Assembly: GCA_963717465.1 (NCBI GenBank)
Contig: OY970340.1
Location: forward strand, 2,368,001 to 2,432,000
Source: Candidatus Bathyarchaeota archaeon
GTDB taxonomy: Archaea; Thermoproteota; Bathyarchaeia; Bathyarchaeales; Bathycorpusculaceae
Length of the DNA stretch: 64,000 bases
Direction of reading: 5' to 3'
Under the pieces are notes generated by a model, which was given only the letters and a program-made list of their open reading frames with translations, was not told the DNA's origin and did no database searches. A program made the position numbers and the translations under genes. This document shows, one piece after another, positions 1 to 11,288 of this stretch; position 1 is the stretch's first letter; each line of letters opens with the position of its first letter.

Positions 1-84
1 TACAAAGCCGGAATGCCCTCAGCAGGAGCTAAACTTAAATGTCGAATTTAATGAATTGTCGTTTAATTAATTAAAGAAGAGAGA

Positions 85-894
85 TTGAACATGCCGATAG
101 CTAAACTTGATGGTATTAACATTAATTATAGAGTGGATGGGCAAGGCGAGCCCTTGGTGATGATAATGGGGTTTGGCTCTTCAATGGGTGCGAGTATGAA
201 TCAAGTATCTTTCTTCAAGAAGCATTATCGTATAATTACATTTGATAATCGGGGCGTTGGCAAGTCTGATAAGCCGCAGGGTCCCTATTCAATGAAAATG
301 ATGAGTGAAGATACGGTTAAGCTGATGGATTATTTAGGGATTGAAAAAACTCATGTTTTAGGTGCCTCAATGGGTGGCATGATTGCTCAAGAATTGGCTA
401 TAAACTACCCGCAAAGAATAAAGAAACTGGTGCTCGCGTGCACAAGCGCAAATCTGAAGGATAATGGAAAACCAGAGGAACTTAAAAAACACATGCAGGA
501 AAATAACAATAGCCAAATGATAGATCCAACCATGATGATTGGTCTATCATTTAACAAGCCACTTTACAAGTATACCGCCCTCTTCTTTGGCAAGATTAGC
601 ATGATGTTTTCAGGGTCTAAAAACGATGCAGGTTTTGCTGGACAAGGTGAAGCTTGCAGCAATCACAATACATTGGATAGGTTACAATTTATCACGGCTC
701 CAACTCTTGTCATTGTGGGAACTAAAGATAGACTAATCCTGCCTGTTTCGTCCGAGGTAATAGCTTCTAAAATACCCAACGCTAAGCTAGTGAAAATTGA
801 GGGCGGCTCTCACTGCTTCTTCATGGAGATGAAAAACAAGTTCAACAGTGAAGTCTTAAACTTTCTAAAAAATGACATGCCAAGCTCATTGTGA
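85..894 (+). CDS. alpha/beta fold hydrolase
   Basis: GxSxGG nucleophile elbow (GASMGG), FDNRGVGKS motif, C-terminal GTKD and GGSH catalytic Asp/His. Confidence 0.9.
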   Translation: MNMPIAKLDGININYRVDGQGEPLVMIMGFGSSMGASMNQVSFFKKHYRIITFDNRGVGKSDKPQGPYSMKMMSEDTVKLMDYLGIEKTHVLGASMGGMIAQELAINYPQRIKKLVLACTSANLKDNGKPEELKKHMQENNNSQMIDPTMMIGLSFNKPLYKYTALFFGKISMMFSGSKNDAGFAGQGEACSNHNTLDRLQFITAPTLVIVGTKDRLILPVSSEVIASKIPNAKLVKIEGGSHCFFMEMKNKFNSEVLNFLKNDMPSSL

Positions 895-1072
895 CACAGT
901 GGCATCTGAAACGTAAGTTTTCTGTTTTAGCAAAATAGCGCATGTTTGAAATCAAATTAATGCGGCATTAACTGAGGACTACTTGAACCATATCTAAATG
1001 GCATTTTTTTATTTTCGTATGATAATCGCGGCACGCAAATTTTAAAACCATTCTGAAGATATCTTACCCCCT

Positions 1073-2176
1073 ATGTGCTGTGCAATTAAACGCAATGTCG
1101 CTTCGGATTCACTCTTAAGAAACAAGAAGATTTTTTGGATTTTAATAATTATCATTTCGATTATTTCTTTCAGCCTCAGATACGCCAACATTAATGCTCC
1201 TCAATATGTAGATGAAACTACATACATCATCCTAGCCCAATCTCTCTCCACAGGACACCTTGCCACTCAGTCCAGCTTTACGAATGTGTATAACTCTACA
1301 GGATTGGCAACAATTAGTTTGAATAACGGCCTCATAATCGTTGAGCCATGGTTTGATCATCCACCATTTTTCTCCATCTTAGATATTCCATTTCTAATTT
1401 TTGGCGCTCCAAGGCTTCTGCCAATTATCCTAGGCGCTTTGTCGACATTTTTAATAATGTACTTATTGAGAAATAACGCAGTTGAATCTATTTTAGCTGG
1501 TTTTATATTTGCAGTTTTTCCCTTTGCAATTCAACTTAATTCGATGATGTTTATCGACAACGGTTCAACATTTTTCTTTTTGCTAACTATCGCTTTAACA
1601 TCAATGTATGAAAAAAGGAAAATGGAAAGAATTCTTATTCTTGCAGGAATCTCTGCCGGTATCTCGTTCTTGAACAAAGAATTAGGCGTCTTCGCCATTC
1701 TGTACTTTCTATTTTACCTCATAGCTACGCGCAGTTTCAAGAAAAATTATAAATGGCTAATTCTAGCAATCGGAGTAGCATCCTCTTGGTTCATAATGGG
1801 GCTATCAATAAACAGCCAACTATTTTTAACAATCTTTACAACTCAATTTGGAAGAACCAGTTTGAGCTACAACCTTCAACACATATTCTACACAGCATTA
1901 AGCAACTTTAGTTACGATTACAATAATTTTTACATTGGCAGTACAAGCTTACTTCTCGTTCTATCATGGATTGCCGTTGTCGGTTTTGTCTTCATTAAAG
2001 GACATAAATTGATAAAAATTGGACTTTTAAGCTTCGTGATCACCATGGCAATTATAAGATATGCTTGGTTCTATACATGGATCGCAATGTACCCATTCTT
2101 CGCTATAGCAATTGCCTCTTGCATCTGCGAAATACTTAACTATACAAAACACGTTTGGCGACACTTTAACGAATAG
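1073..2176 (+). CDS. membrane glycosyltransferase, GT-C/family 39 (PMT-like)
   Basis: Multiple TM segments, 'YVDE..Y' and 'WFDHPPFF' motifs typical of GT-C enzymes. Confidence 0.75.
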   Translation: MCCAIKRNVASDSLLRNKKIFWILIIIISIISFSLRYANINAPQYVDETTYIILAQSLSTGHLATQSSFTNVYNSTGLATISLNNGLIIVEPWFDHPPFFSILDIPFLIFGAPRLLPIILGALSTFLIMYLLRNNAVESILAGFIFAVFPFAIQLNSMMFIDNGSTFFFLLTIALTSMYEKRKMERILILAGISAGISFLNKELGVFAILYFLFYLIATRSFKKNYKWLILAIGVASSWFIMGLSINSQLFLTIFTTQFGRTSLSYNLQHIFYTALSNFSYDYNNFYIGSTSLLLVLSWIAVVGFVFIKGHKLIKIGLLSFVITMAIIRYAWFYTWIAMYPFFAIAIASCICEILNYTKHVWRHFNE

Positions 2177-2910
2177 TCTGATTAACCCACTATGCTAAGT
2201 CTAGCAAAAACACGTGATAATATTAACAAGCAATAAGATAATGGTTGGAAGATGACTTTTTCAAGTCACCCACAAAATATAATTTCTTAATGCTTCAAAA
2301 CGATTCCTGAAGCATTTTTATGTTTGACTTGCAGCTTTCTCCTTTTCGATTCTCTCTTTTTCGATTTTTTCGTAACAAGTTCCACATACAAAACGCTCGC
2401 GATTTTTAATTATAATACGTTGAAGCATAACATCTTCTGCTTTACATATTGGGCATCTCCCCATACCAAATCACCTACGAATATTTCCTTGCCTTTTGAT
2501 ATAAGACTTTTTGAATAAAAAATCATAATCTTCTTGGAAAAGTTGATATTAGGTAAACGCTACTTCAGCAAAAATATATTGAACTACAATCAAATAAAAC
2601 AGTGGGGAGAAGAAATGGTAAATCTATCGCTCACGAACAGATTACTGATGCCATAATGAATTATTTCTGGCAAATCGACATGAAGAATACCTATGGAATT
2701 TTGGCTTGTTTTTATAATGATTCTGCGCTTGATTTTCTTGATAATGCTGTTGAAGGATTGACTGCAATCAGAGAATTCTACAAAACTACTTGCTGCGACA
2801 TTGATGTGTACTAGAAGATGTTGATTTTGATACAGCCTTATAATAAAAAAAGGGTAAAAGAAATTAATTGTAGTTCAGCTACTTACCTGCTGCTTGTCGT
2901 TTGTTGTGTT

Positions 2911-3255
2911 TTAGAATTGCCACGAACTTGGGGCTTCAATGTTTAATTTATCGGTAACAAATTTTTTAGCGCCAGGAATGTGCAATTCTAAAGGTGCAGT
3001 AGTTGTTATTGTCGTCTCAGTAACGCCGTTGATTGTACGTATGTTTTCTTTAGTAAAACGAGTTGCCGCATCGTCGTCATCGGCTTCAAGCCATAGAGAG
3101 TAATTCCACGGTCCCCCAGTTTTGAATCCACATTTGATTTGAGCATCCTTAGCAACAGGCTTTTCAAAACACTTATTTAATGAGTTGCAGAACAAATCTG
3201 GTTTATCTTCGGACATTTTAACCATGACAATGTATAATTTCTTGGTTTTTTGCAT
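2911..3255 (-). CDS. Lrp/AsnC ligand-binding-domain-like protein
   Basis: 'TGGPWNYSLWLEA...IRTINGVTETTIT' resembles the AsnC/RAM domain; no HTH. Confidence 0.5.
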   Translation of the reverse strand: MQKTKKLYIVMVKMSEDKPDLFCNSLNKCFEKPVAKDAQIKCGFKTGGPWNYSLWLEADDDDAATRFTKENIRTINGVTETTITTTAPLELHIPGAKKFVTDKLNIEAPSSWQF

Positions 3256-3517
3256 TTTTTCTCACCTTTAAAATTAGCTTGTGGCAATACCACATAAACA
3301 TTTGTTGTTGTCATTATACAACAACAGAGGGCTAAATAGTAGAAGAACCTGGTTGGTGTATGTAATATTAAAAATTGTTGATCTTTCTTTGAACAGAGCG
3401 TGTTTCTATAAGATAAGACATGGTTTACTCTCGTTATTATTAATATAACCGGCAAAATTACCCATTGATCTAAAATCCACGCGTGCATTCAAGCAAGTAA
3501 TTCGGGAATTTCAACAA

Positions 3518-3757
3518 TTATGGTTTTGGGACATAAATGATAAATCCATTTTCTTCTTTTATGCTTAGATTATAAGCTTGCATAATTTGCTGCATTTTTT
3601 CCCAGGATAATTCATCAAACGTTCCCTTAATGCACAGTTTATACCCGATAGTTCTATCTCCATCAACCGACTTGCTTAATGCAAAAGAATCAATCCATTT
3701 TCCAGTAAAACTAGTCAAAATTTCTTGCATAACAATAACAGCTTCATTCCTCTCCAA
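3518..3757 (-). CDS. small hypothetical protein, paralogue of 39475-39735
   Basis: Shared pattern R.(E/D)AV..(M/L).EIL...GY...K...L..KE..G..I between the two ORFs. Confidence 0.6.
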   Translation of the reverse strand: MERNEAVIVMQEILTSFTGKWIDSFALSKSVDGDRTIGYKLCIKGTFDELSWEKMQQIMQAYNLSIKEENGFIIYVPKP

Positions 3758-3878
3758 AAGAAAACTCCTCCAAGTTATCGGTCGCTTAATAAGTATAATA
3801 TAAGAATTTTATTCTTCATATATATACGATTTTGTGACTGTCTGATGACAACTACAGATTAAAAAAAAGAGCCCTGCT

Positions 3879-6398
3879 TTACGGCACAACTTTATGGCGG
3901 GGGATGTGGACGATGAATTTTGTGCCTTTGCCTGTTTCGCTTTCAAAAGACACTGTTCCGCCTAAGGCTTCAGTCATGCGTTTGACTACTGCTAAACCGA
4001 ACCCTTGACCTCTTGATTTAGTTGTAAACAGTGGAGTGAACAATTTGCTCTTTGCTTCTTCAGGAATTCCACTGCCAGAGTCAGTTACCGTAATTGCAAC
4101 GTTCTCTTTATCCATGCTAACGTTTATAGTGATTTTTCCACCGTTTGGCATGGCTTGAACCGAATTTGAAATCAAGTTGCTGATTATCCTTCTAAACAAA
4201 TCAGGATCTATCACAATCTTGCTTGCTTCTTTCTGAACTTTCGTTTCAACTTTAATCGTAGAAGGAAAATCATGCTTAGAAAGTATCAAATTAATTAGCT
4301 CTTCAATTTGAGTTTCTTTTAGGATAGGTCTGATAGGTTTCGCGTAATCTTGAAGGTCCTGCACAATTTTGTTAACGTAGTCAATGGAGTGCTCAATTGC
4401 TTTTACGCTTTCCAGTATGCTTTCTTTTTGTTTGCAATCTTGTAGATCAACTAGTTCTGTCTCCACCAAGTACAAGTCACCTATTATCGACTGCAGTGGA
4501 TTGCGAATGTCATGCCCAACCATACCTGCCGTGGCACCGATAGCCGCTAATCGTTCAGCGTCTTTAAGTTGTTCAAGTCTTTGCATCGCAAGAGACTCCA
4601 TCTGACTAGCGTACTCTTCAAGCTGCACTGCATTTTCTTCAAGCTTCTTCTGGGTTTCCTCTAACTGTGAGGTACGTTGTTTTAATGTCTCTTCAGCTTT
4701 CTTACGTTCAGTAATATCCATTGAGTAAATTCGAATACAGCGGCTATTAGGAACAAGGAAGAATTGCTGGCTATACCATTGGTTACCGATTTTAACTTCT
4801 CGGCTAAACGTACTTGATGCTTTGCTCTCAAAAGCTTTTACGACATCTTGCCAGTTAGACAAGAGAGGATGCGCTATGCCTAAGCTGCCAAAATTATCGA
4901 AGGTTTTAGCTGCCGGATTAGCATAGGTAATATTGCCCTCAAAGTCCATTTCAAAAATTGGATTAGGATTGAGCATTGGAAATGAAGCTAGTCTGGCAAT
5001 TTCATCTTCAGCTTTCTTGCGCTCTGTAATATCCGTAAGAATTGATAAAAAGTGTTCTTCTCCTTTGAAAGTAATTGTTACCGTTGAAATCAACAGACGC
5101 CTATATTCTTCTCCCCTAGTCTTGTACGTCCATTCATTGGTTGCGATTTTGTGTTGACTTGCCTTACCAATTATCTCCGCTCTGACTTTTGGGTCTGTCA
5201 CTATTCCCAGCTCAGCGGCCGTGTGCCCAATAATCTCATGTTTTTTGAACCCAAATAGTTGCAAGTAAGCTTCGTTTGCGTCCACAAATATAGTATCGTT
5301 AACTCTTTGGATTAGCATAGGATGAGGATTTGAGTTAAATGCCTTGGAAAAGCGTTCTTCACTCTCTTTAAGTTCTTCTTCAGCTTTCTTGCGGTTTGTG
5401 ATATCATTAACAACATAGCTGAATGTTGGGTTACCGTCCTTTTGAGTCCCCAGATAGGTGACTGTTGCTGAAAGCCAAGAATCTTTGCCGAGTTGGCTGT
5501 CAATGTACTCAAAAGTAACCGGTTCCCGGCTGTTTTGGCTTTCTTTGTAATGCTTGAGCCAAACTTTAACTCTTTCAAGGGGCTCTCCAAGTTCTGAACC
5601 TAGTTTATCTTTTAAGTCCTCAGGCTCTAAACCGATATAGCTAGCTGTAGCCTTGTTATCCTTTAGATGTCTAATATCTGCATCGTTGATAACTTCGACA
5701 ATGCCCTGCATAACTCCTTGACTGTCAAAAAAGCTGCTCAGCAAAGCTTCACTATGACTGAGGTTTTTTTCAACCTCTCTACGACGTACGATATCTTCCA
5801 TTAAAACCCATTTTTGACCCTGCTTAACTAGCGTTCCGGCATGATTGCGGATGACATCAATTACATCTGTGCCAGAGCAGTTAGGCAGATAATAGGTACA
5901 AAGAGCAAGCATCTTGTGCTTGCCAATAACCGTGTTTATAGCTTTTTCGTAATCAACAAAATTTTTCCAGAGATTGCGCTCTACCCAGAAAGTGTTACCG
6001 GTAAGCCGTAAACCTTCAAAACCAATTTTCAAAGCATTCTCCTCTTTCTTAACCCAACCATTTAGCACTCTGTCAGAGTCAAATTTTCCATCTTGCAAGT
6101 ACCAATTGTCATAGGAGATTACTTCGAACTGGTCTTTTTGCAAGTATACATCTAAATTCGGTATAGCTTTGGCAAGTGCTTGTTTGGCTTCTTCAACCTC
6201 AAAAGGTGGAGAAGTAACCCACATACAGAACTCATTGCTATGAAGGCCTTCCGAAAAGTAAGGAACCAAAATGTCGAGTAAGTCTTGTTTAGATTCGTAA
6301 AACTGACACAGGTGCGTTCCCCACGGTATATCTCCGACAAGATAATTACCAAATTTGCGAGGTTTATTAGTAGTATTTGATGATGACTTCTTTGGCAT
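3879..6398 (-). CDS. MEDS-PAS sensor histidine kinase
   Basis: N-terminal MEDS (WGTHLCQFYE), PAS/PAC repeats ending DITERKKAE, H-box GHDIRNPL, HATPase N/G1/F/G2 boxes. Confidence 0.92.
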   Translation of the reverse strand: MPKKSSSNTTNKPRKFGNYLVGDIPWGTHLCQFYESKQDLLDILVPYFSEGLHSNEFCMWVTSPPFEVEEAKQALAKAIPNLDVYLQKDQFEVISYDNWYLQDGKFDSDRVLNGWVKKEENALKIGFEGLRLTGNTFWVERNLWKNFVDYEKAINTVIGKHKMLALCTYYLPNCSGTDVIDVIRNHAGTLVKQGQKWVLMEDIVRRREVEKNLSHSEALLSSFFDSQGVMQGIVEVINDADIRHLKDNKATASYIGLEPEDLKDKLGSELGEPLERVKVWLKHYKESQNSREPVTFEYIDSQLGKDSWLSATVTYLGTQKDGNPTFSYVVNDITNRKKAEEELKESEERFSKAFNSNPHPMLIQRVNDTIFVDANEAYLQLFGFKKHEIIGHTAAELGIVTDPKVRAEIIGKASQHKIATNEWTYKTRGEEYRRLLISTVTITFKGEEHFLSILTDITERKKAEDEIARLASFPMLNPNPIFEMDFEGNITYANPAAKTFDNFGSLGIAHPLLSNWQDVVKAFESKASSTFSREVKIGNQWYSQQFFLVPNSRCIRIYSMDITERKKAEETLKQRTSQLEETQKKLEENAVQLEEYASQMESLAMQRLEQLKDAERLAAIGATAGMVGHDIRNPLQSIIGDLYLVETELVDLQDCKQKESILESVKAIEHSIDYVNKIVQDLQDYAKPIRPILKETQIEELINLILSKHDFPSTIKVETKVQKEASKIVIDPDLFRRIISNLISNSVQAMPNGGKITINVSMDKENVAITVTDSGSGIPEEAKSKLFTPLFTTKSRGQGFGLAVVKRMTEALGGTVSFESETGKGTKFIVHIPRHKVVP

Positions 6399-6983
6399 GA
6401 CAAAAGAAAGTGCTCAATCCTGATAAAAACCTTACAGTTTTCAGACATTTTTCTATTTATGCAATAATTTCAGTTCGATGAGCCGCGAGAATTTCATTTT
6501 CAAATGACGTTTTCAAAACACCAAACAAAACAGACAGAAGACAAAGCAAGCACTGTCACAAAACTTATAATTTGAACACTATCTTAACGTTGCCATTAGA
6601 ACCTATTGACTGCTAATCTAGACAGCGTCACTGTGGACACAAACAATTAGAGTCAGTTACCCACGGCCGTTAAGTCTCTAAATTTCTTAGTAAGGCGCTC
6701 AGTTTCTATCAAAGCAATAACCTTGATGCCGCATCGATTAAATGTTTAGCTAATAGAAGCAAACTTTCATAAATAATGTTCTATTTCAACCGCTAACACG
6801 AAATTTGTAAAAGACTCACCCAGAACAAAAGGGTAGCGCTGTTATAAGCGCTGACTAACAAAAAGAGTGAAGGAGAGGTTTGGGTTTAAGATTAAATCTT
6901 TAATCCAGAAATTCCCGTCGCAAGATCAATTTTGGTTTGTTACGTAAAAACAATTAAATTTAGCACAATATAGTATTTACTAA

Positions 6984-7259
6984 GAAATTTCACTGGGGAC
7001 GATAACTACGCCTGACTTAGGAGAAGCATTTAGTCTCGAAAAAAATGAATCAATCCAGTATACGATTGATGCCAGATTTGAACCGAAAAAGGACAACGAA
7101 GCAAAATCAGGCAACCTCATTTTGACAAGCCAAAATATCATATTCTTAGATAAGCAGAAAAACGTGTTATTTAGAGCCCCTCTGGAAAACATAGTTAAAA
7201 TTTCTAGAGGTCTAACGCATGATAAATCAATATCGATTTGGCTGAGAGATACTACCTAG
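6984..7259 (+). pseudogene. possible fragment of a PH-domain-like gene
   Basis: Open frame without a start at its 5' end, reading ...KSGNLILTSQNIIFLDK..., resembling the G-x-L-x-L-T-x-x-x-I-I-F pattern of bacterial PH domains. Confidence 0.25.
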
Positions 7260-7505
7260 CGTTCAATTTTTTCCGATTAATATTGATTTTGCATCTTTTA
7301 AAGAGTTATGTGCAATCTTTCCTAAGGTAATTTCAGCAAGAAAAAAGTGCGCTAATAATGGTTAGCTCAAATTGAAGAGCGAAATTTTGCTTTAGAGTAT
7401 TTATATCAATCAACCTTCACTGGAACTAATTTAATATTCTTTTTAACTTTGTAAGACGCTTTTCTGCTTCTTTTCTTACAAAAGAAAAATTCTCCAAAGG
7501 CACTC

Positions 7506-8342
7506 TTGCATTCTTCTAGGCAATTAATTATAAATTCAATTGTTTGCTTTCTTGCTAATTCCTTCAGGAGAGATACCGCAATGTCCAAAGGAAAATCAAT
7601 CAATGATAATGCAATTCCTATTGAGGCTCAGATTATGGTTAAGAATGCAATAGATTATGAAAAGGCGGGCAAATTTGAGAGCGCTTTGAGCGCACTGGAT
7701 GAGGCTGTTTTGATTCAACCAAACTTTGTTGATGCATGGCTAATGAAGGGCGTAACCTATGGCAAGTTAGGTCAATGCAATGAATCTATAAAATGCTATG
7801 ATAAAGTGATCGAATTAGACCCTGAACATTCAAATGCATTTAGACTTAAAGGGGCGATGTTAATGATGCAAAACTCGTTTGCAAAGGCAACTGATTGCTT
7901 CACAAAAGCCATCGAGTTAGAACCAAGCAACATGGAGCTTCGACATAGCCTGGCAACTTCTTTTCAAAAACAAAAAAAGTTTGAAGATGCATTCAAATGC
8001 TATCAGGACATACTAAAACATGAGCCTAAAAATCCTCAGATTCATTATTTAATCGGAATCACGCTGGGAAACATGGTTGACTATGAAAAAGCTCTCTCAT
8101 ATTTTGAAGAAGCACTTAAGCTAAAGCCTGATTATAACGATGCACACCTCGGCAAGGGGCTTATTTTGGCAAAACTCGGAAGAACTGAAGAAGCAAAACA
8201 ATGCGCTAATAAAGCATTGGGGATAAAAAAAGAATCGGGAAGTACTCATACCGATTCTATTCGTTCGCTAAATGATTCTTGCAGACTAGATTTTGAAGCA
8301 GCTCAAAAAAGATATAAACAAGCATTCTCTCCTCAGCATTAG
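7506..8342 (+). CDS. TPR repeat protein (likely start 7581)
   Basis: About six TPR-like units (e.g. AWLMKGVTYGKLGQCNESIKCYDKVIELDP). Confidence 0.9.
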   Translation: MHSSRQLIINSIVCFLANSFRRDTAMSKGKSINDNAIPIEAQIMVKNAIDYEKAGKFESALSALDEAVLIQPNFVDAWLMKGVTYGKLGQCNESIKCYDKVIELDPEHSNAFRLKGAMLMMQNSFAKATDCFTKAIELEPSNMELRHSLATSFQKQKKFEDAFKCYQDILKHEPKNPQIHYLIGITLGNMVDYEKALSYFEEALKLKPDYNDAHLGKGLILAKLGRTEEAKQCANKALGIKKESGSTHTDSIRSLNDSCRLDFEAAQKRYKQAFSPQH

Positions 8343-8585
8343 GCAATTATGTCTCCCTCAAAACTAGTAAACTATTGAATTAAATTGAATTAAAATGACA
8401 ATTCATCAGTGGTTTAATTCTGTACAGTTTACAGTAAGCCATTAGTAAATTGGAATAATTCAAGACTAATGAATTAATAAAAATAGGACATATTTTTCTT
8501 TCTCGATCAGTTACTTATACCATTTGTTAAAAAATTCTCTAAAAAAACTTTAAAAAAATAAAAAAGGATGTTTGGATTATTCTTC

Positions 8586-10883
8586 TTATGGTCCGATCGG
8601 GCCGATGTTGGCTGAGTATACTTTTGCGAGTGCCGCTTTGAAACACCAAGCTCCAACTTCAGGGCTAAGCTGCTCCGCATCGTTCGGTATTGTAACGTCA
8701 ATGTTCCAGTCAGTCCATCCATGCAAGAATGGCTCCTCACCAGGCAACTCGGGACGCCACCAACCATGCTCAGGCGAAACAATCTTCGGATTAACGCCGA
8801 AATCGTACCGTACTTGTTGCATGCATCTTCCAACAGGAGTCTCAATGTAAACCCACTCGCCATCACCAATACCCATATTACGCGCCGTTAGTGGATGCAA
8901 CTTTACACGTGGAAAAGGCCGCAAATGACGCATCAAACTAATATGCCGCAATTCACCGTGATGAGCTTCCTGGAATCTTGCTCCACTGCACAAAATCAAC
9001 GGAAAGTCCTTAGCGATGTCAGGCGCACTGATCGGTGTCCAAGCACACTCCTGATAATACGGCAATGGATCATAATCGATCTGCTCCAGAATAGTTGAGT
9101 AGAAAGCAACTTTACCCTCAGGAGTACCAAAGCCTCTGACCTGTCCAGTCTCAGGATCAAGCTCCTCATACTTCTTGAACCTAGGTTCATACGGCGGAAC
9201 ACCCTTCCACTCCTCAATCACCTGTTTGCGCGTCCAACCAGCAGGCTCATAGAAAATGTCCTGAAACTCTTCTAGGGTTTTCCATCGCCAAACTTGATCA
9301 ATTTTTTCTTTGCCAAGCGTTCCAACTGCGAGGTCACGGTATATTAAGGCGTCATCTTTTAGATCCCACAAGCCAGGTATTTTCTCAGGCACTGCGCGAT
9401 CGCCAGCGATCTCAAACTCGATTTGACCTTGTCCTGAAACTGTCGCGTAGCCGGAATTTCTCTCAAATTGACTTGTTCCAGGTAATACGTAATCTGCGAT
9501 CATTGCTTCAGGCGTCATTTGAGCACATTCAATGTATACGAATAGTTCAAGCTTCTTCAAACCCTCATAAGCCTTCTTGATGTTTGGATAATTCCTCAAT
9601 GGACCGACTTCGCCAGAAATCATAGCTTTGATTGGATAGGGCTTCTCAGACACCATCGTGTCTATGAACGTTGGCCAGTTTGGACCTCTTGATCCAGAAG
9701 AGTGAGCACCACCCGTCCAGTATCCTTTAGAATCAGCTGCCTGATTAATCAACGGAGCAATCGTAAAGTTCAACGCTCTGTATTTATCGATTCCTACCTG
9801 CTTCATCATTTGTTCAACGTCAGCCTGTTGAACTATGTCATGGATTGCCATTGTTGCATTCATGAATTTCGGTTTTGCGTGTAGGTATTCGCCGCCTTCA
9901 ATATCGATGTTGCCGGTTAACGCGGGCATCATGTATTTTGCGCGAACGTTGCTTAAAGAGTTCCTGCCTGATGATTCAATCGCGTAGGCAAACGGGAAAG
10001 TGCATGGACTGTTCTTCGCTATGAACCTTGCTGCTTCCCTGATCTTCTCAGCTGGAATCCAAGTTATCTCTGCAGCCTTCTCAGGCGTATACTGCTTAGC
10101 CCGTTCCTTGAGCTTGTCAAATCCAAAAGTCCATTTCTCCACAAAATCATGATCATACAGGTCCTCTTCAATGAGCACGTTTATCATTGCCATAAACAAT
10201 GCAGCATCAGTCCCAGGTCTAATCGCCAACCATTTTTCAGAAAGCCTCGCAGTCTCGCTGAATCGCGGATCAATACAGAGCATTTTCGTGCCAGCCTCCA
10301 ATCCCGCAACGAAAGCAGGCCAAGAATAAGTCCAAGACTCACTCGGGTTCGTGCCTGCAACAAAGATACCTTTCGTCTTGCCAGGGATAATCATTGCATA
10401 CGTAATTCCCACGCCATAACCCAATCCTAGGGCTTGGTTCGTGGGTCCAGCTCATGTCTGAGCCGCAATCGAACCAAAATTCGGACTGCCAATCAAAACA
10501 AAATAACTAGCAAGCCCTAAACCTATGTTTGCGGCTCGACCTGTACCCCAGAAACCACAAGTAGTTTCAGCACCATACTTTGCAATGATTTCCTTCATCT
10601 TTTCGGATATTTCGCTTATTGCTTGTGCCCAGGATATTATTTGCCATTTGCCTTCGCCACGTTTGCCAATGCGCTTCATTGGGTACATTGGCCTGTCCTT
10701 GTGGTAAATGTATTCTAAGCTGTACTTCCACTTTTGACAGTACGGCCCGGGGTTAAACGGGCTTTCCCAGTCAGGCTCAACCTTAGTGATTTTTCCGTCT
10801 TCAACTGTCTCGAGCAATTGGCAGGATCCAGTACTGCAGAAACCGCATATGCATCTATGCATCTCTTTTTTAACTTCACTCAT
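8586..10883 (-). CDS. Mo/W-bisPGD oxidoreductase (acetylene-hydratase-like), 765 aa, with in-frame UGA at codon 144 (putative selenocysteine)
   Basis: ORFs 10452-10883 and 8586-10424 are in one frame, separated by TGA (10452-10454) plus 9 sense codons. N-terminal 4Fe-4S motif CGFCSTGSC..C, IDPRFSETA, RPGTDAAL, ADYVLP, C-terminal Molydop_binding domain. Confidence 0.85.
10408..10445 (-). promoter_or_regulatory. candidate bacterial-type SECIS hairpin immediately 3' of the in-frame UGA
   Basis: mRNA UGA-GCUGGA-CCCACG-AA-CCA-AGCCC-UAGGAUU-GGGUU-A-UGG-CGUGGG; three stacked helices, G-rich apical loop about 24 nt after the UGA. Confidence 0.6.
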
Positions 10884-11288
10884 TATTTAATCTCCTAACT
10901 CATTTATCTCCTAATTCTTGTTTGCTTCTTCAGCACCGAATTGGATGTAACAGAAAATTAATAAAACTTGCGGTTTTATTGTCGAAAATTTCAACAATTT
11001 GTCATTGTGTATTATTTCTAACTTACATTTTGCAACATTGTTACAAATATTAGTAATTTTTTAAAACATATTCTCAAACAGTTCCGTCATAATTTTGCGA
11101 TAAAGTTCAGGGTTAATCAGTTATCTAAGTCTGTTAGTCCGAGAAATCCCATTTAACATTGGCTCAATTATAACCTTAAGCAAATCGACTTAACCAATAA
11201 GCGAATGCAGAAGTTCATATGGCTGAACTTAACAAGTTTTATTTTTATCATTTGTGTTACTCTAGTCCTTAATTATATGCAATAATTT

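Noticed and set aside
8500..8585. Archaeal-type 3'-UTR SECIS for the UGA-containing gene
   Set aside because: Only A/T runs (terminator-like); no GC stem with a GAA/A motif visible.
8586..10883. Calling the enzyme acetylene hydratase or formate dehydrogenase
   Set aside because: It lacks the Asp13 equivalent of acetylene hydratase and the His that follows Sec/Cys in FDH.
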